This document shows positions 1 through 8,953 of a stretch of 18,021 nucleotides of DNA, in pieces. The DNA comes from Paramicrosporidium saccamoebae KSL3 (taxonomy: Eukaryota > Fungi > Cryptomycota). The notes below the pieces were generated by a model that saw nothing but the letters and a program-made list of their open reading frames with translations, ran no database searches and was not told the DNA's origin. The number at the start of each line of letters is the position of its first letter. Position 1 is the first letter of the stretch. The stretch covers positions 1,357 to 19,377 of the forward strand of contig MTSL01000205.1 of NCBI GenBank assembly GCA_002794465.1, in the 5' to 3' direction. Made by a program: the position numbers and the translations under genes.

Positions 1-10
1 GATACGAGCC

Positions 11-78
11 AATGTCTGATACTAGTTGATATCTGATACTAGTTAATGTCTGATACTAGCTAGTGTCTGATAATATAC
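11..78. repeat. Degenerate 17-bp tandem repeat x4 (AATGTCTGATACTAGTT)
   Basis: Units at 11-27, 28-44, 45-61 and 62-78, read directly. The array lies downstream of the RPS19 stop. Confidence 0.85.
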
Positions 79-96
79 TTTATTGGAACTAGAGAC

Positions 97-525
97 TTAG
101 GCAGACTTGGCGAGGAGCTGAGCAACCGCATCAAGGTCACGCTGTCCATCAACAGTAATGCGACGGCCACCGTTGGGGTCCACAGCAACCAACTTCAGCT
201 TCTCCAAAGCCTGCATCGCCTTGCGGATGACGCTGCCGCTAGCTTCGGCATGCTTGGAATGTCTGGTGCCGCGATTCTTTCGGCCACCATACACTGTGCG
301 CAAAGCTCCAACTCCACAGCCTGGGCGCAGGTAGATGTGACGGGCCAGAGAGGCGGCACGCACGTAGAACCAGTCCGCGTTGTACGGCGCGAGTTCCTTG
401 AAGGAGCCAGTCTTCACCATATCAGTCCATGCGGGCACGGGGAGCTTGCCGGAGCGCTTAAGGTGCGCGGCATAGGCGGTGATGAATTTATGCGAATCGA
501 CGTCGCGGACAGTGGTGCCGGGCAT
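97..525 (-). CDS. RPS19: 40S ribosomal protein S19 (eS19), 142 aa
   Basis: Translation MPGTTVRDVDSHKFITAYAAHLKRSGKLPVPAWTDMVKTG..ELAPYNADWFYVRAASLARHIYLR..GVG..GGRKNRG..GRRIT..GQRDLD is the eS19 family pattern. The real ATG is at 525; the ORF-track start at 591 is a TTG. Confidence 0.97.
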   Translation of the reverse strand: MPGTTVRDVDSHKFITAYAAHLKRSGKLPVPAWTDMVKTGSFKELAPYNADWFYVRAASLARHIYLRPGCGVGALRTVYGGRKNRGTRHSKHAEASGSVIRKAMQALEKLKLVAVDPNGGRRITVDGQRDLDAVAQLLAKSA

Positions 526-527
526 TA

Positions 528-560
528 CTACAGGTAAGCACAAAGAGGGGAGGATGGTAC
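528..560 (-). other. Probable 33-nt 5'UTR intron of RPS19
   Basis: Minus strand reads GTACCAtcctcccctctttgtGCTTACctgTAG and ends 2 nt before the ATG. Its length, donor and acceptor match the coding introns in this window. There is no reading-frame test because it lies in the UTR. Confidence 0.6.
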
Positions 561-640
561 TGTCTTGCGAAGAAAAAGACCGAGAATTCAACCAGGGTCA
601 AAGCAATTGACCTATCCGGAACACTGCGTCATCCCTGGCC

Positions 641-735
641 GCAGTGTAGTGTAGTATATTGTGATATAGTATGATGTAGTGTGGTGTAGTATGGTGCAGT
701 GTGATGTAGCATGATGTAGTATGATGGGATATAGT
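641..735. repeat. 5/10-bp degenerate microsatellite (RTRRT; e.g. ATGATGTAGT), GT-rich on + strand
   Basis: gcagtgtagt/gtagtatatt/gtgatatagt/atgatgtagt/gtggtgtagt/atggtgcagt/gtgatgtagc/atgatgtagt. It lies upstream of RPS19. Confidence 0.85.
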
Positions 736-862
736 TTAATCCAACATGACCAGCTATAATTCGTCGAGTATATATTTGTAAAAGGATATCTTTATGGATA
801 AAAACCTTTACATGCCTTGCAATACCTGCCGATCGAAGACTTTCAAAGATCTCGACTCCAAG

Positions 863-974
863 CTCCAACACACACCTAAACTCAAACTCCAACACATACC
901 TAAACTCAAACTCCAACACATACCTAAACTCAAACCCCAACACACCTAAACTCAAACACACACCTAAGCCCAAA
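863..974. repeat. 24-bp tandem repeat x~4.5 (CTCCAACACATACCTAAACTCAAA)
   Basis: Units at 863-886, 887-910, 911-934 and 935-956 (22 bp), then a partial unit. It starts about 20 nt past the NUP53 stop and is GU-rich on the NUP53 sense strand. Confidence 0.92.
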
Positions 975-993
975 TTCGTAATACTCGGTTTAT

Positions 994-1824
994 TTACCAA
1001 CCAAATACAAAACCAAATGCTTTGGCAACCATGGACTCTTGAGGATTGGTCACTTCTCTAGCTCGTGTCTCGTCCTCTTCTTGCCGGAGGATGGGGGCCA
1101 TCCCAGGCTTTATGAATATATCGCCACCTTGATATTGATCTTGACTTGTCCGTCTAATTGATTCCTTTTTTAATGGGGACATGAATGATTCTGCAGCCTG
1201 TCCGACCTGTTCCATGGCCCTTGTTGTTGGCACTACACCGATCATGCAGGTGCCCATCACTGGTAGAACGGTGCCATTCTTAGCCAAGGCCTTTTGAGCA
1301 GCCCATCGCGTAGAGTATTGGAGATGGATCCAATTGCCCTGACCCGTCTCGCTTTGTTCAACCACACCCAGCTTCTGAAAATATGATAGCACCGAGGAGG
1401 CCTGTGCACCAGAAAATCCAAACACTGTCACCCAGTTTCCGTCACTCGGGACAGCGGGCTCTGCAGGAATCTCTTCTTTAGGCATTTCCTCCCGACTAGC
1501 ATACTTGCGTTCTGGTGTGAGGTTACCATATTCGTGGAGGGAAATGGCGGGCGGGGCATCGTCTGCCAGCCTTGCCACCACAGAGGCCGGTTTCACTGTT
1601 CGTGCGGGTAAAACTGAGTCAGCCTCGTAGTAGAGACGTTCCCGCGTCTGGTAGCGCGTGGTGGTGGGCGGGACGGATGGTGTGGGGGCGGGAGTGCTTA
1701 CTGGCGCAGGCGTGTACGTGGACGTGTAGCCAGGAAGGGTACGCAATTGTGATGGTAGTCCACCAATACGTTGTGTTTCGTCAATCTCGCGAGAAGTATT
1801 AATGCTTCGAGACGAAAAATTCAT
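994..1824 (-). CDS. NUP53: Nucleoporin Nup53/Nup35 (MPPN-type RRM), 276 aa
   Basis: RRM motifs GNWVTVFGF...GNWIHLQY..AQKALAKNG..MIGVVP and a C-terminal amphipathic helix ending AKAFGFVFGW, both typical of Nup35/53. Confidence 0.92.
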   Translation of the reverse strand: MNFSSRSINTSREIDETQRIGGLPSQLRTLPGYTSTYTPAPVSTPAPTPSVPPTTTRYQTRERLYYEADSVLPARTVKPASVVARLADDAPPAISLHEYGNLTPERKYASREEMPKEEIPAEPAVPSDGNWVTVFGFSGAQASSVLSYFQKLGVVEQSETGQGNWIHLQYSTRWAAQKALAKNGTVLPVMGTCMIGVVPTTRAMEQVGQAAESFMSPLKKESIRRTSQDQYQGGDIFIKPGMAPILRQEEDETRAREVTNPQESMVAKAFGFVFGW

Positions 1825-1880
1825 GCGAATCGTAAGAGACCCTTAAAGATACGGAAACACAATTGTTCTTAAGCACGGGG

Positions 1881-4775
1881 ATGCTTCGGCAAAAGACCTT
1901 TACCAAGGTGACTGGACGCGGTTCGGTTAACAAGGTCATCCGTGAGCATTACTTGCGCGATGATATTCCATGTGGTGTGGTTGGATGCGAGGAATGCGCG
2001 AGACTGTCAACCTCCCACGACTGCACGCTGCTCGATCCCAGCAAACAGGTTTTGATTACCACGTCAGTGGGAAAGCCCCACATCGTTCTTCCTGATACGA
2101 ATATTCTGCTGCATCATCTGGATGTGCTTGAAAGGGCCCCGTTCACGGACGTGGTTGTGCTGCAGACAGTGCTGGAAGAGGTAAAGGGTAACAGTCTTGG
2201 AATTCACCGACGGGTTCGCAGTCTGATAGCACAGGGAGACCGTCGTATCTATGTCTTTTCAAATGAGAATAACAAGCACACTTTTGTGGAAAAGCTAGAG
2301 GGCGAGACGGATAATGACCGGAATGACCGGTCCATCCGACAGGCATCTGCTTGGTATGGGCAACACTTGAAGAAATTTAATGAATACGGAGTTGTGCTGC
2401 TAACTAACGACGCTGCGAATGCAAGGCTGGCAAAAGAGGCAGGAATTGTAGCAATGAATTTAAAAGAGTATTGCCGAGGACTCGTGGGAGTGGTGGACGA
2501 TGCAACCATGATTCTTGACATGTTAGAGACCCCCACTGAATTACCCAGCACGGATGGCGTAGAGTATTCTGAATATTTGAGTGTGGGACTATTGCAAGCG
2601 GGCGTCCAGGCTGGGAAATACTACCAGGGAACAATGCAGATCAGTCCATACAATAGCCAAACTGGAAGCATTTCTTGCGACGCCACTACGATCCGGATTG
2701 TGGGAAGGAGTTTTCTGAACAGAGCCATGCAGGGCGACTCTGTGGCAGTAGAATTGCTCCCTCGAGATCAATGGATTTCCGAAAAGCACCAGGGCGATGA
2801 AGAAGAAGAAGCAAAAGACGCCACCGAAAAGACTACCGAAGGAAATATTGAAGAAATCGTCTCTTTCCCCGCCATAGAGACGGTTCCCGACCAACAGGTG
2901 TCGTCAACTGCCACGCCGTGTGGACGGGTTGTGGGAATTTTGAAAAGATCGCTTCGTTCGTATTGTGGATCGATTGATCGGAAAAGTATCCGTCCCGATG
3001 CGGGAACGCAAAATGTATTGGTGGTCCCATTGGACCGAAGAATGCCAAGAATCCGAATCCGCACCAGCAATGCAACCAATCTTGCAACAATGCGCTTATT
3101 AGTGTCCATTGATGGGTGGCAAGTGACCTCAAAGTATCCCCATGGACATTTGGTGCGAGTGCTCGGAACTGCCGGAGAAAAGTCTACCGAAACCGAAGTT
3201 ATTTTATTAGAACACGACGTTGCCTATGCCGATTTTACCCCACAAGTGCTGTCGTGTCTCCCTTCAGCTGATTGGAAGCCGCTCGACAGTGACTATCTTG
3301 AACGGGAGGATTTCCGTCATTTAACAATCTGCTCAGTAGATCCGCCAGGGTGTACTGACATTGATGATGCTCTACATGCCTTTGCTCTGCCTAATGGAAA
3401 CATTGAGGTTGGAGTGCACATTGCTGATGTGACGCATTTCGTGCGTGCTGAGACTCCCCTTGACAAGGAGGCATCTTCTCGCTCTACCACCGTCTATCTC
3501 GTTGATCGTCGGATTGACATGTTGCCGGGATTGTTGGGAACCAATTTATGTTCACTAAAGTCGAACGTGGAGCGATTTGCCTTTTCCTGTATTTGGGAAC
3601 TGACCCCTGAAGCCCAAATTGTTTCTACACGTTTCTGCAAATCAGTGATTGCCTCCAAAGCTTCCTTTACCTATGATGAGGCACAGAGCAGACTGGAAGA
3701 TGAAAAGGCATCTGACCCACTGGCTGCTTCGTTGAAATTACTGAATAGTTTGGCAAAGCAGCTTAAAGCGCGTCGAGTGGAAGCAGGTGCACTAACATTG
3801 GCCTCGCCTGAAGTGCGCTTTACCCTGGAGACGGACACGATGAATCCAGTGGATGTGATCCTTAAAGAGATGAAGGACGCCAACTCTATGGTGGAAGAGT
3901 TCATGTTGCTGGCCAATATTTCCGTGGCCATGCGCATCTACGCCGCCTTCCCCGACACGGCCGTACTACGAAGACATCCATCCCCACCTGCCGACAATTT
4001 TGCAGCGCTGAATCATGCGTTGGCAGAGCGCAATGTGCCGAGCCTGGAGGTGAGCACCAGCAAATCCCTGGCTGATTCGTTGGACAGAATTGTGGATCGC
4101 AATGATCCGTTCTTTAACCGGCTGGTGAGAATCATGACGACCCGATGTATGTACCAGGCGCAGTACTTTGCAGCCGGTAGTGTGGGCTATGATGCATTCT
4201 GGCATTATGGACTCGCCTGTCCAATTTACACGCATTTTACGTCGCCCATTCGTCGCTATTCCGATGTACTTGTGCATCGTCTACTGGCCGCTTCACTCGA
4301 CGCCGTAAAGTTCCCCGTAAGTGGCGATCGACCGCGGTTGGAGGAGATTTGCAACAATATGAATTACCGACACCGCATGGCACAGCAGGCACAACGCTCG
4401 TCCATTGAGCTATATACGCATCTCTTCTTCAAAGGAAAGACTGTTATAGAGACGGCTTACGTAATCAAAATTATGGCCAATGGAATTGTGGGACTGATCC
4501 CCAAATATGGTATTGAGGGCTTAGTGAAATGGGATGAGATGACTTTGAAGAGTGCAGGAGTGACGTATGATTCAGAAGGGGGACGATTTACAAAGGAGGG
4601 ACGGCCATTCTTGTACCTATTCCAAAAGATTAGCATATCCATAAGCGTCGAGGAGATTGAATCGTCGCAACGACAAAAGCTAGTGGTGCACCTTGTGGAG
4701 CCTGCCCTAAAAGAAGCGAGTGATGTAAGTAGTAGACCCATGTCAACAGGACAAAAACGAGCAATGGAGCCATAA
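1881..4775 (+). CDS. DIS3: Exosome catalytic subunit Dis3/Rrp44, 964 aa
   Basis: N-terminal REHYLRDDIPCG/CR3 motif, PIN domain (PDTNILLH..), RNB catalytic motif SVDPPGCTDIDDALH and YTHFTSPIRRYSD. ATG is at 1881; the track start at 1863 is a TTG. Confidence 0.97.
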   Translation: MLRQKTFTKVTGRGSVNKVIREHYLRDDIPCGVVGCEECARLSTSHDCTLLDPSKQVLITTSVGKPHIVLPDTNILLHHLDVLERAPFTDVVVLQTVLEEVKGNSLGIHRRVRSLIAQGDRRIYVFSNENNKHTFVEKLEGETDNDRNDRSIRQASAWYGQHLKKFNEYGVVLLTNDAANARLAKEAGIVAMNLKEYCRGLVGVVDDATMILDMLETPTELPSTDGVEYSEYLSVGLLQAGVQAGKYYQGTMQISPYNSQTGSISCDATTIRIVGRSFLNRAMQGDSVAVELLPRDQWISEKHQGDEEEEAKDATEKTTEGNIEEIVSFPAIETVPDQQVSSTATPCGRVVGILKRSLRSYCGSIDRKSIRPDAGTQNVLVVPLDRRMPRIRIRTSNATNLATMRLLVSIDGWQVTSKYPHGHLVRVLGTAGEKSTETEVILLEHDVAYADFTPQVLSCLPSADWKPLDSDYLEREDFRHLTICSVDPPGCTDIDDALHAFALPNGNIEVGVHIADVTHFVRAETPLDKEASSRSTTVYLVDRRIDMLPGLLGTNLCSLKSNVERFAFSCIWELTPEAQIVSTRFCKSVIASKASFTYDEAQSRLEDEKASDPLAASLKLLNSLAKQLKARRVEAGALTLASPEVRFTLETDTMNPVDVILKEMKDANSMVEEFMLLANISVAMRIYAAFPDTAVLRRHPSPPADNFAALNHALAERNVPSLEVSTSKSLADSLDRIVDRNDPFFNRLVRIMTTRCMYQAQYFAAGSVGYDAFWHYGLACPIYTHFTSPIRRYSDVLVHRLLAASLDAVKFPVSGDRPRLEEICNNMNYRHRMAQQAQRSSIELYTHLFFKGKTVIETAYVIKIMANGIVGLIPKYGIEGLVKWDEMTLKSAGVTYDSEGGRFTKEGRPFLYLFQKISISISVEEIESSQRQKLVVHLVEPALKEASDVSSRPMSTGQKRAMEP

Positions 4776-5220
4776 GGAAAGTGTAGAGTTGAATTAAATT
4801 GGGCCATGTTGAATTGTGCAATGCATAAGGTTGATATGTAGTTTGTATAGAGTTGGTGATGTAATTTATATCGAGTTGATGTGGTTCATCGTGCCATATT
4901 CTAATATGGATCATGATGTCGCGTAGTGGGGATAATACCACGGGCTTTGTCAAGCGGGAGGAGAACCCGCTCATTTTTAACCCAAGAGCCCTTTTGTAGT
5001 CTCTCGAGTTGCATAGTAATAATCCTCAAATGGTAAGATATAGATCTCATTATCCTTCGTCGATTATTCTGATTATCCCTTCTCCAAACTAGAGAACTAT
5101 TTCCAAAAGACATACTAATCAGTTTTCTACGTCACAATGATATCACTGTTAGTATCAACTTGAAACCATAACACTTTAGATTTCCAGTAGTCCTAAATAC
5201 AACCCTATTCACTTTACACT

Positions 5221-5298
5221 ACATTACTCAATTAACACCACATTGTCCAATTAACACCATATTACCCAACTAACATCACATTACCCTGCTCACATCAC
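5221..5298. repeat. 19-bp degenerate tandem repeat x~3.5 (CAATTAACACCACATTACC)
   Basis: Units at 5229-5247, 5248-5266 and 5267-5285, plus partial flanks. It lies downstream of the PAP1 stop and is GU-rich on the PAP1 sense strand. Confidence 0.8.
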
Positions 5299-5339
5299 CC
5301 CTTATAATTACCACCCTCAATATACTCGTGTTTATGGAT

Positions 5340-7102
5340 TTAGTTTTTACAAAAAGCAGCAGTGGCATCACTCTCGACAGTGGGCAGGGAGCCGGCGCTC
5401 ATGCTCATGGACGAATCGACCGAAATCTCGCCGGTGCGCGTCCGCTTGGGCGAGCCCACTCCTTCCTCAGCCGGCTTGGAACGTCGTCCCTTCTTGGGGG
5501 GACGCGCCTGTCCCTCAAAGATGTAGGCGGGCAAATTCTCGCGCTTAATGTCGCGGATCAAAAGATGCATGGAGGGCGTTAATTTTTCATAAGACGAGAC
5601 GAACGTCTTAAAGTCGTTGATGGGTCCGTCGAGACAGACGCGTCGTGGGCCCTTACGGGCGGGATCGGGAGGCGAAATGATCAGAGCGACATAAAAGGCC
5701 ATTGTATAGTACTTTTTGCTCTCTCCCGTCATTGGCTCTGGGACGCTCGTAGGAGTGGGAACGTCGTCCTCGTCGACATAGTAATGGGCGGCACGCACCT
5801 GCTCAAGATTTGCAGCGTCAACAACGAGCTCAAATCCCTCGCAAAAGGGAGGAGCAGCGTCAATGTATTCCTCCAACTCCAATTTGGGTGTCAAATGACG
5901 CACCTTGGAGCCCAAGAAGCCGGACCATATAAGATGCGCCTCTTCGCTTTCAGAAACTGCCAGGATCTGGAAATAGTTGCGATGTCGGGCAAAAAAGTCT
6001 GTTTTGGCAAACAAATCAGCCCAAAGTGCTTTGCGTTGCTCAATTTTCAGCATCAGCTCGGCACCGCGTCGAAACTCTTCTGTCATAATCCGCAGAGTGG
6101 AGGCTGTGACATTGTGGGTGGAACACATGGACGGATAGGCCGGTGTGATCACGGGCATCTTATGGAATCTATCGGCCACGTGGATGCGTGGATTCCATAC
6201 TTTCATCTGCAACGGCAAATCCTCAATGGGCTTGAGATACACGGGCTGGGGCCATTGCCATTGGTGGTAAATCTTGAACAATCGAGTGACCACAGTGGAG
6301 GCTGCCGCATTGGGATACAATTGACAGATGCGCGCCGTCAACAATGCCGAGGCCACTCCCGCCACATATCCCATTGCATTCGAATAAATACCGCGTCGTT
6401 GCGCCCACAATTTAATGCAGCGCAATGCGACGTGGAAGGTGGAAATGTTTGGAACCAATTTGAGCATTTCGTCCGTGGTGCGTGAACCGTTCAAACTTAA
6501 AATGCATTTCTCATCCAAACTACGCAGTAATCCCGAATCGGTCAGATCCAGATCATCAGGGATAGCGGCCAAATTAAGCCGTGCAAATAGCAAATCAATG
6601 CTAATGCCGTCAAATTTCATCTTGATAACGGGAACATAGGCCTCGGACACTTTGGTCAGCTCAGTCACCTCCCGTTCCGCCTCCAACATGTTGTAGAATA
6701 ACCCGAAAAAGTCGCTACGGTCTACGTGTTGGGGTGCCACGCAGAGTGTATCAATATCGGCCCCCTTGGCGTGTACGCCCAGACGGTATGAACCGAATGT
6801 GTAAATCTTACCGCACACCTCCCCCAATAGACTCTCTGGCAGATGTTTCTGACGTCCCACCTCCTTAACAAACTCACGCACGAGGGCGTTCAACTTTCCC
6901 AACACCAATTCACGCTTCACACCCTCTTCGTCGCTTTCAAAAAAGTCTGCCGTGTACAGTGTGCGTTCCAGGTCGGCAGTCATTTCGAGATCCCGCTCCG
7001 TGGGGAAGCTCTCTGAAATGGGTGGTGTCACTCCCAGGTACTTGTTTGCACTACTCTTAGTCAGTGTACCATTTTCATTGCTTACGTTGGATTGGCAGTC
7101 AT
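5340..7102 (-). CDS. PAP1: Canonical poly(A) polymerase; join(5340..7050,7086..7102), 575 aa
   Basis: Motifs YLGVTPPIS, FGSYRLGVHAKGADIDTL (nucleotidyltransferase DxD) and MPVITPAYPSMCSTHNV. Removing the 35-nt intron gives the N-terminus MTANPTANKYLGVTPPIS. Confidence 0.93.
7051..7085 (-). other. 35-nt spliceosomal intron in PAP1
   Basis: GTAAGCaatgaaaatggtacaCTGACTAAgagTAG has a strong donor and branch-like motif. Splicing joins an ATG 17 nt upstream in frame (phase 2). Confidence 0.8.
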
Positions 7103-7337
7103 CAGGCAAGATAAACAGACGCCACTTCAATGGACCCTCTGACGTTGTCGCAAAGAAGAGACACCTCCAAGCCCCGGCTACCCCCAACAAATAGTCGGCC
7201 CGCTCATTCGATGCAATCATATCATATCGTTTATTCGCATATGCACTCAGTCCAGCAAAGCCATCCCCATTTCATGCCCCCTCCTTTGGCATCATGCGTC
7301 CCAAGCTAAATTGTCTGGGTTGCGACCTGATTGGTCA

Positions 7338-8864
7338 ATGGACGAAGAGGAGCTCCAGACTGAATTTCGAAATGAATTCGAAGAGGCATGCATCCAGAAC
7401 GATGCTCCCCGCGCTGCCGAGATCCTACGGTTTGCCCGTGCAGCATGTACCGTGGTCCCGCTGACTGACAAGTAGTGAAACGTAACCCAGAATACGCCCG
7501 GGCCATGCCCACCGAGTCACTTATCCAACTGCTGGGAACTGTCGAGGGCGAGTTGGCAGACGAATGTCAAGCTCTTCTTAGTGTGCTATTTGAAACGGCC
7601 GATTTCAGCAGCGTCCTCTCCACTTATGGTCCGTATCTGGAAGCCGCCCTGCAGAGCGAACGTCCTGCCATGTTGCGGATGGGAATCGACCTGTGTCAAA
7701 AGGCCTTGGTCCCCTATTCTCAGGAAATTTCTGATGCAGTCCTACGGGCCTTTGTTTTACTCCTGGCCCATCCCGACACGGCCATATACCAACGCGTCGA
7801 AGCCGGTCAGTTTCCCATCACATTAAATGATCTGTAGTGCTGTTGCAGTCGGATGTTCTACAGCGGCAAGGTTGGCTACAGGATGTCCTAAGAGACATTT
7901 CTGAGAGGGATGGCATTTGCAAGACTAGAGTAATGAGACTGGCTACTGAAAATGCCAGATGGACGGCAATTTTAGAGTCATTGGACAATCTGAAAGATAG
8001 GGGAGATGTGCTTGTCACTCTGAACACTCTACAAATGATTGTCGACGAATGTCGCACTGAAGCAAATCTCTTGACATTGGATAGCTTAGCCATTGTGGAG
8101 CGGATATTTAGGATGGCCGAAGATGAGTCACTTGACGAGCTCATTAGAAGCCATGCAATGAATGTCATTGTGACCTTTGCTTCGATTGAGTGCAGTCTGG
8201 TGGACCAATTCGAGGAACGCTACAGACTTGGTCCATTTCTACAAAAGTGCCTACATCATAATCTCTTCAAGGTAATCTTTGTCATTCGGACTCATTGGAG
8301 TAGGAAAAGGTTTATTTGATAATGGGCTGTTTCTTTACAAACAAATTTATGACTGGCTCGTGGGTTGAGGAGATTGTTTGCCAGGACTCTTTTGTCGAGC
8401 CCATCTTTCATGGACACCATGATTTTTCCCATTCGGCCATTGACTCAATTGCCGACATGTTTTCCCCACCCACTCAGCTCCTCATTGAGGCTCGACAGAT
8501 GAGGCTATACAAGGTACTGCAACGAGTGACCAAACAACACCCAATCGACGATATTATTGAGCTCACCACAACCCCGGACGAATCCACAAAGATTAGCTTG
8601 TATAGATTGCTTCAATGTCTGGTCCGCCAGCCCTGGATACTTTCTGAAGCCATTGGCAGTTCGCGTTTAATCGCATTTCTACTGGATCGCACCAATGATC
8701 TCTCCATGATCGCTGCCGAGGCTCGGTTTGAGATTATCCAGACCATCCTCGCCTCAACCATCAATGTACCAGCTCCACTTGCTGAGCAATTGGATATATA
8801 TCTCAAACAGGGCGCCCAATTCACTCCTAGAACAATGCATGTTGCCTCTCAAAGATATATGTGA
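7338..8864 (+). CDS. 26S proteasome assembly chaperone Hsm3/PSMD5(S5b)-like; join(7338..7446,7476..7805,7838..8271,8304..8864), 477 aa
   Basis: Three introns of 29, 32 and 32 nt link the three ORF-track fragments plus an untracked first exon (MDEEELQTEF..). The protein is helical-repeat-like. The C-terminus FLLDRTND..EARFEII..LDIYLKQGAQF..VAS resembles the PSMD5/S5b C-terminus as I recall it; this was not searched. Confidence 0.7.
7447..7475 (+). other. 29-nt intron 1 of HSM3-like gene
   Basis: GTACCGtggtcccGCTGACtgacaagTAG; phase 1, restores the frame. Confidence 0.75.
7806..7837 (+). other. 32-nt intron 2 of HSM3-like gene
   Basis: GTCAGTttcccatcacattaaatgatctgTAG; phase 1, joins ORF 7475 to ORF 7837. 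Confidence 0.8.
8272..8303 (+). other. 32-nt intron 3 of HSM3-like gene
   Basis: GTAATCtttgtcattcggactcattggagTAG; phase 0, joins ORF 7837 to the ORF 8316 frame. Confidence 0.8.
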
Positions 8865-8953
8865 CGAGTATAAATTAAATGTTTGGTAAACAATGGTTTT
8901 GATTGGTTGATGGCACAGCGTGATAAGTAGATTTGTCGCATCCAACCGCAGAT

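Noticed and set aside
629-1000. 123-aa ORF with LEFEFRYV repeats
   Set aside because: TTG start, and the peptide periodicity is simply the translation of the 24-bp and 5/10-bp spacer repeats. It is in a different frame from NUP53, so it is not readthrough.
4915-4980. tRNA-Asp-like look (GCGTAGTGG..TTGTCAA)
   Set aside because: No T-arm GTTCRA, no 7-nt anticodon loop and no acceptor stem.
4901-5113. 70-aa minus-strand ORF in the DIS3/PAP1 spacer
   Set aside because: No recognisable motif, short, and within the size expected by chance.
97-7102. Cluster of RNA-metabolism genes (RPS19, NUP53, DIS3, PAP1) as an operon-like unit
   Set aside because: Orientations are mixed, and housekeeping genes dominate reduced genomes, so clustering is expected by chance.
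7475-8864. Frameshifted pseudogene or programmed frameshifting in the fragmented HSM3-like, WD40 and NAT3 ORFs
   Set aside because: Every break is resolved by a canonical GT-AG micro-intron of consistent size.
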